Source: Candidatus Gottesmanbacteria bacterium UBA6580 (GTDB lineage: Bacteria; Patescibacteriota; Microgenomatia; UBA10105; UBA927). From it: a stretch of DNA of 64,000 nt. Numbering within the stretch: position 1 is the stretch's first letter; each line of letters opens with the position of its first letter. This document shows, one piece after another, positions 18,734 through 27,769 of the stretch. The stretch lies in contig DJJA01000003.1 of assembly GCA_002433895.1 (NCBI GenBank), forward strand, positions 447,745-511,744, given 5' to 3'. The notes beneath the pieces were generated by a model that did no database searches, had not been told where the DNA came from, and was given only the letters and a program-made list of their open reading frames with translations. The position numbers and the translations under genes were made by a program.

Positions 18734-19294
18734 TTATTTATTCGTCATTCGGGATGTTATCCCATGCCGCAAAGGTTTGCTAAATGAATCCCGGCTCGGC
18801 GGACGGGATGACAAGGCTCTTAGTTTATACGAGAATCCATGAGTGACTGCAATAGCAAGTGCGTCTGCAGTGTCATCGGGGGTGGGTATTTCTTTGAGAC
18901 GGAGTAGTTTTGTGACCATTTTCCCGACCTGAGATTTTTCGGCTGCCCCACTGCCGCATATTGATTTTTTGACGGTCATGGGGCTATAGGAAGTCACGGG
19001 TATGTGTGCCTGCGCGCATGCCAAAAGTATGACGCCACGGGCTTGACCCACAGCGATGGCTGTTTTGGCATTTGTCGCAAAGAATAAATCTTCCACGCCA
19101 ATTTCTTTGGGTTTATAGGTTTTGATGAGTTTCGTAAACGCGGTATACAGTTGCGCGAGGCGTTCTGAAGGTGAATCTATTTTATCGGTCATGATACATC
19201 CGTATGCCTTAGCGGATATTTTGCCTCCGTTATCTTCAACGACTCCCCAACCAATACGCGCTGTTCCCGGATCAACACCAAGTATCGTCATCAT
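18734..19294 (-). CDS. ruvC: Crossover junction endodeoxyribonuclease RuvC, C-terminus extended by a palindromic insert
   Basis: ILGVDPG, VEDLFF, GQARGV, DDTADALAIA; start placed at ATG 19294, 7 nt after TATAAT. Confidence 0.95.
   Translation of the reverse strand: MMTILGVDPGTARIGWGVVEDNGGKISAKAYGCIMTDKIDSPSERLAQLYTAFTKLIKTYKPKEIGVEDLFFATNAKTAIAVGQARGVILLACAQAHIPVTSYSPMTVKKSICGSGAAEKSQVGKMVTKLLRLKEIPTPDDTADALAIAVTHGFSYKLRALSSRPPSRDSFSKPLRHGITSRMTNK
18744..18812. repeat. 69-bp REP/RPE-like palindromic element inside the ruvC 3' end
   Basis: GTCAT...ATGAC ends enclosing two hairpins (GGGAT-GTT-ATCCC; ATCCCG-10 nt-CGGGAT); removing it leaves the frame intact. Confidence 0.6.
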
Positions 19295-19335
19295 ATGTTC
19301 CATTATAAGCAGTCGGGCACTATAATAAAAATTAT

Positions 19336-19710
19336 ATGCCAGTATTGCAGTTTATCGCGGCAGCGGTTGGAGCAACGGTGATGCTTTCAATCACCAGCAT
19401 CGTATGGCCCAAGGTAACGAGTGAACCGCGTCCTGAAGCGCTCACCAAAGTGCACGACATGGTTATGGAAACGAAGGCGGGGCAGGATCTGGCAAATACG
19501 TTGGGCGTAAGCGATGAACGGGCCGTCCAACCGGTGAGTATTTCATCCGTCGCGTCATCCGCCGTGCAAAATGCCGTTACTGCCGTTTCTTCCCAGGCGC
19601 AAAGTGCCGTAACGACGCACGTGCTTGAGGTGGTGGTAAAACAAGTAGAACAATTATCACCGCAAGATCAGGAAAAATTCCGTCAGCTTATTTGTGCGCC
19701 CGCCGAGTAA
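19336..19710 (+). CDS. Hypothetical membrane-anchored protein
   Basis: N-terminal hydrophobic helix, Ala/Ser/Val-rich; TATAAT at 19321-19326. Confidence 0.65.
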   Translation: MPVLQFIAAAVGATVMLSITSIVWPKVTSEPRPEALTKVHDMVMETKAGQDLANTLGVSDERAVQPVSISSVASSAVQNAVTAVSSQAQSAVTTHVLEVVVKQVEQLSPQDQEKFRQLICAPAE

Positions 19711-20806
19711 GGTGCCACGCGGCAATCGCGGTGGTAAGCGGGACAGCCGCAATAAGCCCAAAACTTCCTGAAAGTGTCCGCACGATTTCTTCTGTTATTG
19801 TTTCGCTGTTTATTATCGACCACAGCGGATAGTTGTTTGGATTGGTGATGAGGATAATAAAAATCGGTAGTGAGGCACCGGCATACGCAAGAACCAGAGT
19901 GTTGACGAGTGAGGACACGTGCTCCCGCCCTACCCGGAGTCCTGCACTAAAAAGTTCGGAAAACGAGAGATTCGCGTTTGCCCGCTTGAGCTCAAAAACA
20001 GAAGCGGTTAGTCCGGTGGTTACGTCGTCGAGCACCCCGAGGGCTCCTATCAATATGCCTCCCAATAACAGTCCTTTGAAATTTACTATCGTGGTAAGTC
20101 CGAGTTTGAGAGAATACGCGTCCTCACTCCCGAGTCCGGTCAAATGGGTGGCTTTTACCAGGAGCACAGAAAGACCTCCGGTAAACAACAGGGTGAGTAA
20201 TGTGGAGACAAGCGCGATGCTTGTTTGCAGGGAAAATCCGTGCGCTAAATAAATAGTCGTCAGCATGATACACATGCTTCCCGCGATGCTAATAATAAGC
20301 GGATCATTGCCAGCAAGAATTTGGGGAACGATAAACTGTACGATAACAATGACACTTACAGCCATTCCGATCATTGATCCGATGCCACGCCAACCGCTGA
20401 GCAATACTACCGCCACCGCGAACGCGATAAGAAACGGGAGGAGTGTGGGTAAGCGGTAGGAGTCGATAATCTGAAAAATAGGGGAAAGATCGGGACCGGT
20501 TGTCCGTACGACAACCACCGGTTGTCCGGGTTTCACAAATTTATCTTTATCGATACTGAATATGGTACCGTGATCAATGGTAAATTCTTTTCCGCGGAGG
20601 TTTCCGTCCAGGATTTCTATATGCACAATCTGGTAAGGGACGGTTACTCCGTTTGCGTCCTTGGATCCCTCTTCTATTATCTGTTCTACCCGTGCTTTGT
20701 AGTAGGTATCCTGAAACGACAGGCTATCTTGGGCTTGCAATCGGGATAAAGGCGTGAGTAAAAGAACCATGAAAAATACGATGGGGAGACTGAAACGCCG
20801 GAGCAT
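19688..20806 (-). CDS. YibE/F family membrane protein
   Basis: Signal peptide, multiple TMs, IGALGVLDDV, SLVNTLVLAYAGASLP, EEIVRTL.GS.GL..AVPLTT. Confidence 0.88.
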   Translation of the reverse strand: MLRRFSLPIVFFMVLLLTPLSRLQAQDSLSFQDTYYKARVEQIIEEGSKDANGVTVPYQIVHIEILDGNLRGKEFTIDHGTIFSIDKDKFVKPGQPVVVVRTTGPDLSPIFQIIDSYRLPTLLPFLIAFAVAVVLLSGWRGIGSMIGMAVSVIVIVQFIVPQILAGNDPLIISIAGSMCIMLTTIYLAHGFSLQTSIALVSTLLTLLFTGGLSVLLVKATHLTGLGSEDAYSLKLGLTTIVNFKGLLLGGILIGALGVLDDVTTGLTASVFELKRANANLSFSELFSAGLRVGREHVSSLVNTLVLAYAGASLPIFIILITNPNNYPLWSIINSETITEEIVRTLSGSFGLIAAVPLTTAIAAWHLTRRAHK

Positions 20807-20826
20807 ATATGTATTATAGTAGACCA

Positions 20827-20856
20827 CCAAAAATCCCGCTATGGCGGGATTTTTGG
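20827..20856. terminator. Terminator-like hairpin with T tracts in both directions
   Basis: CCAAAAATCCCGC-TATG-GCGGGATTTTTGG, perfect 13-bp stem. Confidence 0.65.
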
Positions 20857-20912
20857 ATGTATTGTGTAAAATGGCGCCAGGAATTGGCTATACACCGTTA
20901 TATCATGGTGTA

Positions 20913-20941
20913 TTGACAAATGCAAGTTACTTGCATATACT
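20913..20941 (+). promoter_or_regulatory. Sigma70 promoter with an embedded 8-1-8 palindromic operator (probable Fur/Zur autoregulation box)
   Basis: TTGACA-17 nt-TATACT; ATGCAAGT-T-ACTTGCAT at 20920-20936; ATG 7 nt after the -10. Confidence 0.8.
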
Positions 20942-20948
20942 GAACCTC

Positions 20949-21377
20949 ATGAAACCCGTTGCAAAACATGATTGTAAAGAAGAGCTGCATAATGCAAAGC
21001 TCCGTGTAACCCCCGCGCGGCTTGGGGTGCTCGCCATGTTGGAGCAGACAGATGTGCCGGTAGACGTATCGATGATTGCTGATTATCTTAAAAAACAAAA
21101 AATTGCTGCAGACGAAGTCACCGTGTTCCGGATACTCAACACCTTCACCGATAAGGGAATTACCAAACCCATACAACTTAATGAAGGCAAGCTCCGGTAT
21201 GAATATGCTCATAAAGCGAAGCATCATCATTTTTTCTGTGAAAAGTGTAAAACGATTACCGATGTAGAAGGGTGCACAGTGAGTGGTCTTGAGCGGCAGA
21301 TAGAGGAGACCACCGGTGGAAAAGTGACCAGGCATTCATTGGAATTTTTTGGGCTTTGCCGGAGGTGTATATCATGA
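20949..21377 (+). CDS. Fur-family transcriptional repressor (likely Zur, given the ZIP neighbour)
   Basis: LRVTPAR, TVFRILNTF, HHHFFCEKC, H.LEFFGLCRRC. Confidence 0.9.
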   Translation: MKPVAKHDCKEELHNAKLRVTPARLGVLAMLEQTDVPVDVSMIADYLKKQKIAADEVTVFRILNTFTDKGITKPIQLNEGKLRYEYAHKAKHHHFFCEKCKTITDVEGCTVSGLERQIEETTGGKVTRHSLEFFGLCRRCIS

Positions 21378-22120
21378 CAAATTTGTACGTTATCGTATCG
21401 GTGGTCATCGTCAGTTTACTTTCACTTTTGGGTGCGGTACTTATGGTTGTCCAGCGTCAAAAGTTGAATTTTATGATTACGTATGCGTTGGCGTTTTCTT
21501 CGGGTGTTATGTTGGGTGCGACGTTTTTTGATTTGCTGCCAGAGGCAGTGGAATTGCTGCCGGAGAGCGCGTTTTCGTGGGTACTTATCGGATTTGTCGG
21601 ATTTTTTGCGTTAGAAAAACTGATCGCATGGCATCATCACATAGAGGGGCGACATACTCACGAAGAGAAGCCATTGGCATATCTCACCCTTATCGGGGAC
21701 GGTATTCATAATTTTGTTGACGGGGCTGTTATTGCCGGCGCGTATCTTGTGTCCGTGCCGTTGGGAATAACCACAACGCTCGCGGTTATTGCACACGAGA
21801 TACCCCACGAACTGAGCGACTTTATGGTACTTATCCATGGCGGTTTGTCTTATAAGAAGGCACTCATGTATAATTTTGCGTCCGCCGCGACTGCTATCGT
21901 CGGAGCAATACTCGTATTGTTTGTATCTGAGCAGTTTTCACTGCTTGAGCAATACCTTGTCCCGCTCGCCGCAGGAAACTTTCTCTACATTGCGGCAAGT
22001 GATTTGATCCCGGAGTTGCTCACGAGCCGCAAAGGTGTGGAGTCAGTTCGGCAGATAGTGTTACTTATTGCGGGATTATGTGTGGTGCCGGTTGTGGGTA
22101 TGCTATTTGGTCACGCATAA
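21374..22120 (+). CDS. ZIP-family divalent metal (zinc) transporter
   Basis: FFDLLPEA, His-rich loop WHHH...HTH, GDGIHNFVDG, HEIPHELSDF, FLYIAASDLIPEL. Confidence 0.92.
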   Translation: MTNLYVIVSVVIVSLLSLLGAVLMVVQRQKLNFMITYALAFSSGVMLGATFFDLLPEAVELLPESAFSWVLIGFVGFFALEKLIAWHHHIEGRHTHEEKPLAYLTLIGDGIHNFVDGAVIAGAYLVSVPLGITTTLAVIAHEIPHELSDFMVLIHGGLSYKKALMYNFASAATAIVGAILVLFVSEQFSLLEQYLVPLAAGNFLYIAASDLIPELLTSRKGVESVRQIVLLIAGLCVVPVVGMLFGHA

Positions 22121-22190
22121 ATACGCTAGGTTGTGCGAGTGCTGCTTCGTTATTTACCTCCGATCATCCGTGTTACAATAAGAAGCTATT

Positions 22191-23198
22191 ATGGACGAAG
22201 AACTCAAAAAACGCGCGACAGAACTTCTTGAACGGCTCGACCTTGACGGTATGCGCAAGCATATCCGAGAGTTGGAAGCTGAAACGATGCATGAAAATTT
22301 TTGGAAAGATTCTGAAAGCGCCGCGCGCAAGATGCAGGATTTGGCTGCATTGCAAAAAGAACTTGCCGAAGGAGAAGAATTTTCTTTGCTTCTTGAGTTA
22401 GGGGAAGAAGAAAAGCTCAAATCAGAAATTACGCGGCTGGAATTTGCTCTTTACCTCTCTGGCCCGTATGACAAAGGAAATGCCATATTGGCGCTTCATG
22501 CCGGGCAAGGGGGGACAGAGGCGATGGATTGGACTGGTATGCTCTACCGTATGTATACGCGGTACATAGAGCAAAAGGGCTGGAAAATGGAAGAAATGGA
22601 CTATACCGCGGGTGATGAGGCGGGAATAAAAAGTGTCACCATAGAGGTGACTGGCCGTTTTGCGTTCGGGTTTTTGAAAGCGGAGGCGGGTGTACACCGG
22701 TTGGTGCGGCAATCCCCGTTTAACGCAGACAAATTACGCCAGACATCTTTTGCCATGGTAGAAGTATTGCCCATCGTCGATGAAGTGGGAGTTGATATTA
22801 AAGAAGAAGATCTCGTATGGGAATTTTACCGGAGTGGCGGCAAAGGCGGACAAAACGTCAATAAAGTCTCGACGGCGGTACGGCTTAAACATATTCCCAC
22901 GGGCATTATTGTCACCAGTCAAGCGCAGCGGTATCAGGGGCAGAATAGGGAGTTTGCGCTCAAAGTGCTTCGTGCCAAGCTGTGGGAAGTAGAAGAGGCA
23001 AAGCGGAAGAGTCAGGATAAAGCGTTCCGCGGCGAATACAAAACGCCGGGCTGGGGAAATCAAATCCGTTCGTATGTTTTGCACCCCTATCATATGGTCA
23101 AAGACCTGCGAACGGAATATGAAACATCAGCAACAGATAGGGTGCTTGACGGGGATTTGGAAGATTTCATATTGGCATACTTGAAAAAATATTCCTGA
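22191..23198 (+). CDS. prfB: Peptide chain release factor 2, single reading frame
   Basis: GQGGTEAMDW, GVHRLVRQSPF (SPF), GGKGGQNVNK, WGNQIRSYVLHPY. Confidence 0.96.
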   Translation: MDEELKKRATELLERLDLDGMRKHIRELEAETMHENFWKDSESAARKMQDLAALQKELAEGEEFSLLLELGEEEKLKSEITRLEFALYLSGPYDKGNAILALHAGQGGTEAMDWTGMLYRMYTRYIEQKGWKMEEMDYTAGDEAGIKSVTIEVTGRFAFGFLKAEAGVHRLVRQSPFNADKLRQTSFAMVEVLPIVDEVGVDIKEEDLVWEFYRSGGKGGQNVNKVSTAVRLKHIPTGIIVTSQAQRYQGQNREFALKVLRAKLWEVEEAKRKSQDKAFRGEYKTPGWGNQIRSYVLHPYHMVKDLRTEYETSATDRVLDGDLEDFILAYLKKYS

Positions 23199-23207
23199 AC
23201 CCAGATA

Positions 23208-23684
23208 ATGGATAGTATGAGAATAACTACTCCCCATCCTGCTGCATCACCAGTACTGAGGCCGGTCGATATGAAAGATCAATCACAGGATATGAATACA
23301 CTTAAGAAAGATGCACGGGTGGTGCTTGTTGTTTATGTCATTTTGCTTTTGTTAGGTGTGGGCACCGGCTATCTTTTGAGCCAAAAAGGTTCTGGTCCGC
23401 TTGCCCCCAAAGGGACGCCAGTCTCTACCAATAAGATAATCGGAGTGCAGGATGCTTCAACGTTTAAAGACTGCGCGACCGGGACTATTGAAAAGGACGG
23501 TGTGGAGGGTGAAGGAACCCATAAGCTCGTGCGTGACGGAGGCCCGAGCCAGACAGCGTACTTAGTTTCGTCAATTATTGATATGGATCAGTATGTCGGT
23601 TTAAAAGCAAAAGTATGCGGTCAGACGCTTGCTGCCAAAAAAGTATCATGGCTCATGGATGTTGGCAGGATTGAACTTGAATGA
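23208..23684 (+). CDS. Hypothetical single-TM protein
   Basis: One TM helix then a small beta-rich domain; ATGA-coupled to ftsE. Start uncertain. Confidence 0.7.
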   Translation: MDSMRITTPHPAASPVLRPVDMKDQSQDMNTLKKDARVVLVVYVILLLLGVGTGYLLSQKGSGPLAPKGTPVSTNKIIGVQDASTFKDCATGTIEKDGVEGEGTHKLVRDGGPSQTAYLVSSIIDMDQYVGLKAKVCGQTLAAKKVSWLMDVGRIELE

Positions 23685-24415
23685 TTTACTTTTCCAACGT
23701 CTCCAAATATTATCCGGGGAACATTCCTGGTCTTGTCGATGTAACCGTAGAAATACCGGCAGGGGAATTTGTGTTTTTGATTGGTCCTTCCGGAAGCGGT
23801 AAAACCACTTTTTTGCGGTTGCTTATCCGTGATTTATTACCTTCGAGCGGTGTTATTACCATAGAAAACGCGGATATATCTAAATTTAACGCTTCCAATA
23901 TCCATATACTGCGGAGAAAAGTAGGTATCGTATTTCAGGATTTTAAATTGCTCTTGGACCGCACGGTATATGAAAATATCGCGATGGTGCTTGAGATTTT
24001 GGGTAAACCTGAGCGTGATATCGAAAAAGGGGTAATGAATGTGCTTGAGCTCGTGGGGCTTCCTGACAAAAGAAATTTATTCCCGATGCAGCTATCTGCA
24101 GGTGAAATGCAGCGGACGAGTATCGCCCGCGCGATCGTGGGCGGGCCTAAAATACTACTTGCCGACGAGCCTACCGGTAATCTGGATCCCGACACCGCTT
24201 GGGGTATTATGGAAATACTCAAAGAGGTAAATGACCTCGGCACTACCGTTATCGTCGCCAGTCATAATGCGGACATCGTCAATAAGATGAAAAAGCGGAC
24301 GCTCACGATCAAAGGCGGTGGCGTTGTACGGGATGAAGCCCGTGGTCATTATCACTTGGAAAAGCACGAAAAGAAAAATGTAGCCAAAGGGGGAAAACAC
24401 GATGCCGATCACTAG
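23681..24415 (+). CDS. ftsE: Cell division ATP-binding protein FtsE
   Basis: [36 protein letters not shown]; adjacent to ftsX. Confidence 0.92.
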   Translation: MIYFSNVSKYYPGNIPGLVDVTVEIPAGEFVFLIGPSGSGKTTFLRLLIRDLLPSSGVITIENADISKFNASNIHILRRKVGIVFQDFKLLLDRTVYENIAMVLEILGKPERDIEKGVMNVLELVGLPDKRNLFPMQLSAGEMQRTSIARAIVGGPKILLADEPTGNLDPDTAWGIMEILKEVNDLGTTVIVASHNADIVNKMKKRTLTIKGGGVVRDEARGHYHLEKHEKKNVAKGGKHDADH

Positions 24416-25295
24416 AGATGTCAAAACCCATATAAGAAGAAGCCCATATCAGGCGATGGCGGCCACGCTCACGATGTTTTTGACCTTTCTTGTAGGTGGC
24501 GTGTTTTTTCTGGCAACGATGACGTCGGTGATGGTATTGGGGTACTTTGAGGGAAAGCCACAGATTACGGTATTTTTGGCACCTAAGGCTGGCCAGTTGG
24601 AAGCTGATAATCTCAAGGCGAAATTAGAAAGTACCGGAAAAGTCGCGTCAACCCAATATGTTTCCAAAGAAGAGGCGCTCACTATTTACCGCCAGCAAAA
24701 CCAAAATGACCCACTGCTCCTAGAGATGGTTACCGCAGATATTCTCCCCGCGTCTCTGGAGGTGTCCGCTACCGATCCCCAGTATCTATCAGACCTGGTG
24801 ACCGCCATTGAGGGCACCGAAGGGGTAGATGAGGTTGTGTACCAGCGTGATGTGGTCGACTCATTGCTTTCGTGGACTAATGCTATCCGGTGGGTTGGCG
24901 GGACACTCGCATTGCTTTTGGTCATCGATTCACTCCTTATTATCGGTACGGTGATCGCCATGAAAATCGCGCTGAAACGAGATGAGATTGAAATACTGAT
25001 GTTGGTAGGCGCTTCACCCTGGACAATACGCGCGCCTTTCGTGCTTGAAGGCGGTGTGTATGGCTTGGCGGGGGCAGGGATAGCCTCGGTTATACTGAGC
25101 GCACTCATCGCCTGGCTACGTCCGTATCTGTTTTCATTCTTGGGATCCATTCCTCCGTTTGGTATGCTCCTCGGCAGTCTCACGTCGCCTGCTTTCCTTA
25201 TTTCCATTGCCGTATTTATCGCGGCAAATCTACTGATTGGATTTATTTTAGGAGCAATAGGGAGCTCCATCGCGCTAAGAAGATACCTGAAATAA
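24402..25295 (+). CDS. ftsX: Cell division permease FtsX
   Basis: YVSKEEAL, LPASLEV, RDEIEILMLVGA....IRAPFVLEG, four-TM pattern. Confidence 0.9.
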   Translation: MPITRDVKTHIRRSPYQAMAATLTMFLTFLVGGVFFLATMTSVMVLGYFEGKPQITVFLAPKAGQLEADNLKAKLESTGKVASTQYVSKEEALTIYRQQNQNDPLLLEMVTADILPASLEVSATDPQYLSDLVTAIEGTEGVDEVVYQRDVVDSLLSWTNAIRWVGGTLALLLVIDSLLIIGTVIAMKIALKRDEIEILMLVGASPWTIRAPFVLEGGVYGLAGAGIASVILSALIAWLRPYLFSFLGSIPPFGMLLGSLTSPAFLISIAVFIAANLLIGFILGAIGSSIALRRYLK

Positions 25296-25310
25296 CCTGA
25301 TGTATTGCGC

Positions 25311-26447
25311 ATGAGAATGTTTCTTCGGATAGCTGCCACCGTTATACTTGTTTTGCTCGTCACCGTGCGGGTTTCTGCTGCTACCGTAGAAGAGAAGGAC
25401 TCCGAAATCCAGAAGCTCAAGGACAAAATTACCGGTCTGCAGTCCGAACAAAATACCCTCTCGAAGCAGATTACCTTGCTGGATTCACAGATTAAGCTTA
25501 CGACACTGCAGATGCAGGATACGGAACGAAAGGTGGAGGTATTAGAAAATGAGATAAAGGAGTTAACCGGGGAAATCAGCCGGCTTGAAGAGCTCAAAAC
25601 CAAACGGTTGGAGTTGGTGCTTCACCGGATACCGCAATCGTATAAGCGGTCTTCGTCTTCGCAATTCGGCTGGTTACTGTTTAGCCAGAATTTTTCCGAT
25701 TTACTGACCCGCGCAAAATATCTAGTGCAGGTGCAGGAAGAAGATACTCAGCTGTATAAGCAGCTGCAGCTGACGCAAATAAATTATAATGAGCGGCGCG
25801 ACGTGCGTGAAGAAAAACGTCTGGAGCAGGAAGCGCTTCGTAAGCAGCTCGAGAAGCATACGGTGGATTTGGCAAACCAAAAAAAACAAAAGCAGGCACT
25901 TCTTGATCAGACAAGAAACAGTGAGTCGGTGTACCAGCGCTTACTCGCGCAGGCGTTGGCCGAGAAACAGGCATTGGAACGCGCGTTGGTCGACTCAGTC
26001 AAGGTGGGTCCGGTGAAAAAAGGCGACCCGATTGCGCTGGTCGGCAACACCGGGTATCCATCCTGTTCGACGGGAGCGCATCTTCATTTTGAAGTGCGGC
26101 AGGGCGGATCATGGGTTGATCCTTCGGGATATCTTTCCAACAAAACGATACGGGATGATCAGGCGGGTGGAGATTGGACGTTGGGGAGCGGTAGTTGGAG
26201 TTGGCCGCTTGCCGATACCATACGCATGACACAGCACTTTGGCAAAACTCCCTGGTCGTGGCGGTATAGTTATTCCGGGGGTATCCATACCGGCTTTGAT
26301 ATGGTTTCAACAGGTGGTGATGTTATCCGCGCACCATCTGATGGCGAATTATATTCTTCTAGCCAATCATGCGGTTCGAGTATTATCAAGATTAAGTATA
26401 TAGATCACGGCGGTGGCACCATCAGCTTTTATCTTCATGTGCAATAA
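25311..26447 (+). CDS. EnvC/CwlO-like coiled-coil protein with a circularly permuted M23 peptidase domain
   Basis: Signal peptide, long coiled coil, then VKKGD..ALVGNTG...HLHFEVR before WSWPL...HTGFD...YLH. Confidence 0.85.
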   Translation: MRMFLRIAATVILVLLVTVRVSAATVEEKDSEIQKLKDKITGLQSEQNTLSKQITLLDSQIKLTTLQMQDTERKVEVLENEIKELTGEISRLEELKTKRLELVLHRIPQSYKRSSSSQFGWLLFSQNFSDLLTRAKYLVQVQEEDTQLYKQLQLTQINYNERRDVREEKRLEQEALRKQLEKHTVDLANQKKQKQALLDQTRNSESVYQRLLAQALAEKQALERALVDSVKVGPVKKGDPIALVGNTGYPSCSTGAHLHFEVRQGGSWVDPSGYLSNKTIRDDQAGGDWTLGSGSWSWPLADTIRMTQHFGKTPWSWRYSYSGGIHTGFDMVSTGGDVIRAPSDGELYSSSQSCGSSIIKIKYIDHGGGTISFYLHVQ

Positions 26448-26492
26448 ATCTTACTGAAAAGCCTCATGATGGCTGCTATACTGTGAACCCAA

Positions 26493-27335
26493 ATGTCCTG
26501 CCGGGGTTTTCTGTTGTACTGCGGGTTGGCGCTTTGTGCCACCGGTTTTTTCCGTTCTCCGGTGGTTGCCGCATTTTCCTTTCGTGTCGCGTCTGTGACA
26601 CCCGCCTCCCTGACTTCCAAGGAGCAGGAAGTACAGGTGGTACTGGATTTTTCTGGATTACCAAGCGCTTCATATTTCCGTGTAGCTTTCCAAAAGGAGG
26701 GGAGCGATAGTTATATTGGATATCTCAAAAATGACCGCGATGAATGGACAAAAATTGCTTCGTTGGGCACGTCTGACTGCGTGAACTATTTTAGTGTGTC
26801 CGATGTGAGTTCGACCAGCGCTACGTTATATATAAAAATAGGTGAGGATCAGGCGGTAGAGTCGGGTACGTATGTGATAAAGGCTCACCGATATACCAGT
26901 TCTTGTAAATCATACTCGGCCGCAAGTGATGCGACACCCCAAAAAGTGATACTCACGATTCCCACTCCAACCGCTACCCCAACATCAGTTCCGACTCCAA
27001 CCCTGACCAACCCAACCCCAACTTCTTATCCGGCATATACCCCAACTCCCGTAACGATAACCCCTCCGTGGCACCCGACCCCGTACCGCACGCATACGCC
27101 AACGAGGGTGCCCACATTGCCATATACCTCTGATATACTGGGAATAGAACAGGAAGCAACTGCCGGAGCAGCAGTTCCTCATGTTCGTCTGGAAGCGACA
27201 ACCAGCGGGAATACCGTGGCGGGTAAGGAGCGGTTAGTATTGATTGCGTTGCTTGTGATGAGTGTTGGCGTAGGTTTACTCTCATTTGCCTTAGCTATGA
27301 AGAAGGTAGAAATATGGAAAACAATCATGGAATAA
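26493..27335 (+). CDS. Secreted/surface protein with a Pro/Thr-rich linker and C-terminal TM anchor
   Basis: Signal-like N-terminus, PTPTATPTSVPTPT linker, C-terminal hydrophobic helix followed by KK. Confidence 0.75.
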   Translation: MSCRGFLLYCGLALCATGFFRSPVVAAFSFRVASVTPASLTSKEQEVQVVLDFSGLPSASYFRVAFQKEGSDSYIGYLKNDRDEWTKIASLGTSDCVNYFSVSDVSSTSATLYIKIGEDQAVESGTYVIKAHRYTSSCKSYSAASDATPQKVILTIPTPTATPTSVPTPTLTNPTPTSYPAYTPTPVTITPPWHPTPYRTHTPTRVPTLPYTSDILGIEQEATAGAAVPHVRLEATTSGNTVAGKERLVLIALLVMSVGVGLLSFALAMKKVEIWKTIME

Positions 27336-27769
27336 ACAATGCGGTATCCAGGAAAATAATTGGGGTATATTGGGCGCCGGTCGTGGTATGGATGATAATT
27401 ATTTTTTTGTTATCGAGTAGGCAGAGTGTTACTGTTTCACCCGAGTATTTTCTCAACTTCCTGTTTTTTAAAACGCTTCATATTATTGAATACTCGATAT
27501 TGTTTGCGTTGACCGCGAGAGCATTGTACCGAGGCGGGAGAGGGGAAGTGAAGCGCGATGTATACGTGTGGGCATTTATCATGACAGTTGTGTATGCGAT
27601 GAGTGATGAGTTACATCAGCAGTTCGTGCCGAGCAGGCAGGGGCACCTGCGCGATGTTATAATTGATGGCATCGGAGCGGGACTTACATGGTTTTACCTC
27701 GTACAATTATTACCAAAAGCGCCGAAGAAACTAAAAAATTTGGCGAGAAATTTGGACATTCCTTTTTAG
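27314..27769 (+). CDS. VanZ family membrane protein
   Basis: WM..IF.LSS, K.LH..EY, YAMSDELHQ.FVP.R....DV..D..G. Confidence 0.85.
   Translation: MENNHGINNAVSRKIIGVYWAPVVVWMIIIFLLSSRQSVTVSPEYFLNFLFFKTLHIIEYSILFALTARALYRGGRGEVKRDVYVWAFIMTVVYAMSDELHQQFVPSRQGHLRDVIIDGIGAGLTWFYLVQLLPKAPKKLKNLARNLDIPF

Noticed and set aside
20872-20900. Minus-strand ...TTCCTGGCGCCA resembling a tRNA 3' end or att site
   Set aside because: No T-loop GTTCRA and no cloverleaf.
24686-25603. 305-aa minus-strand ORF
   Set aside because: Antisense to ftsX and the coiled-coil gene; Ser-rich composition typical of shadow ORFs.
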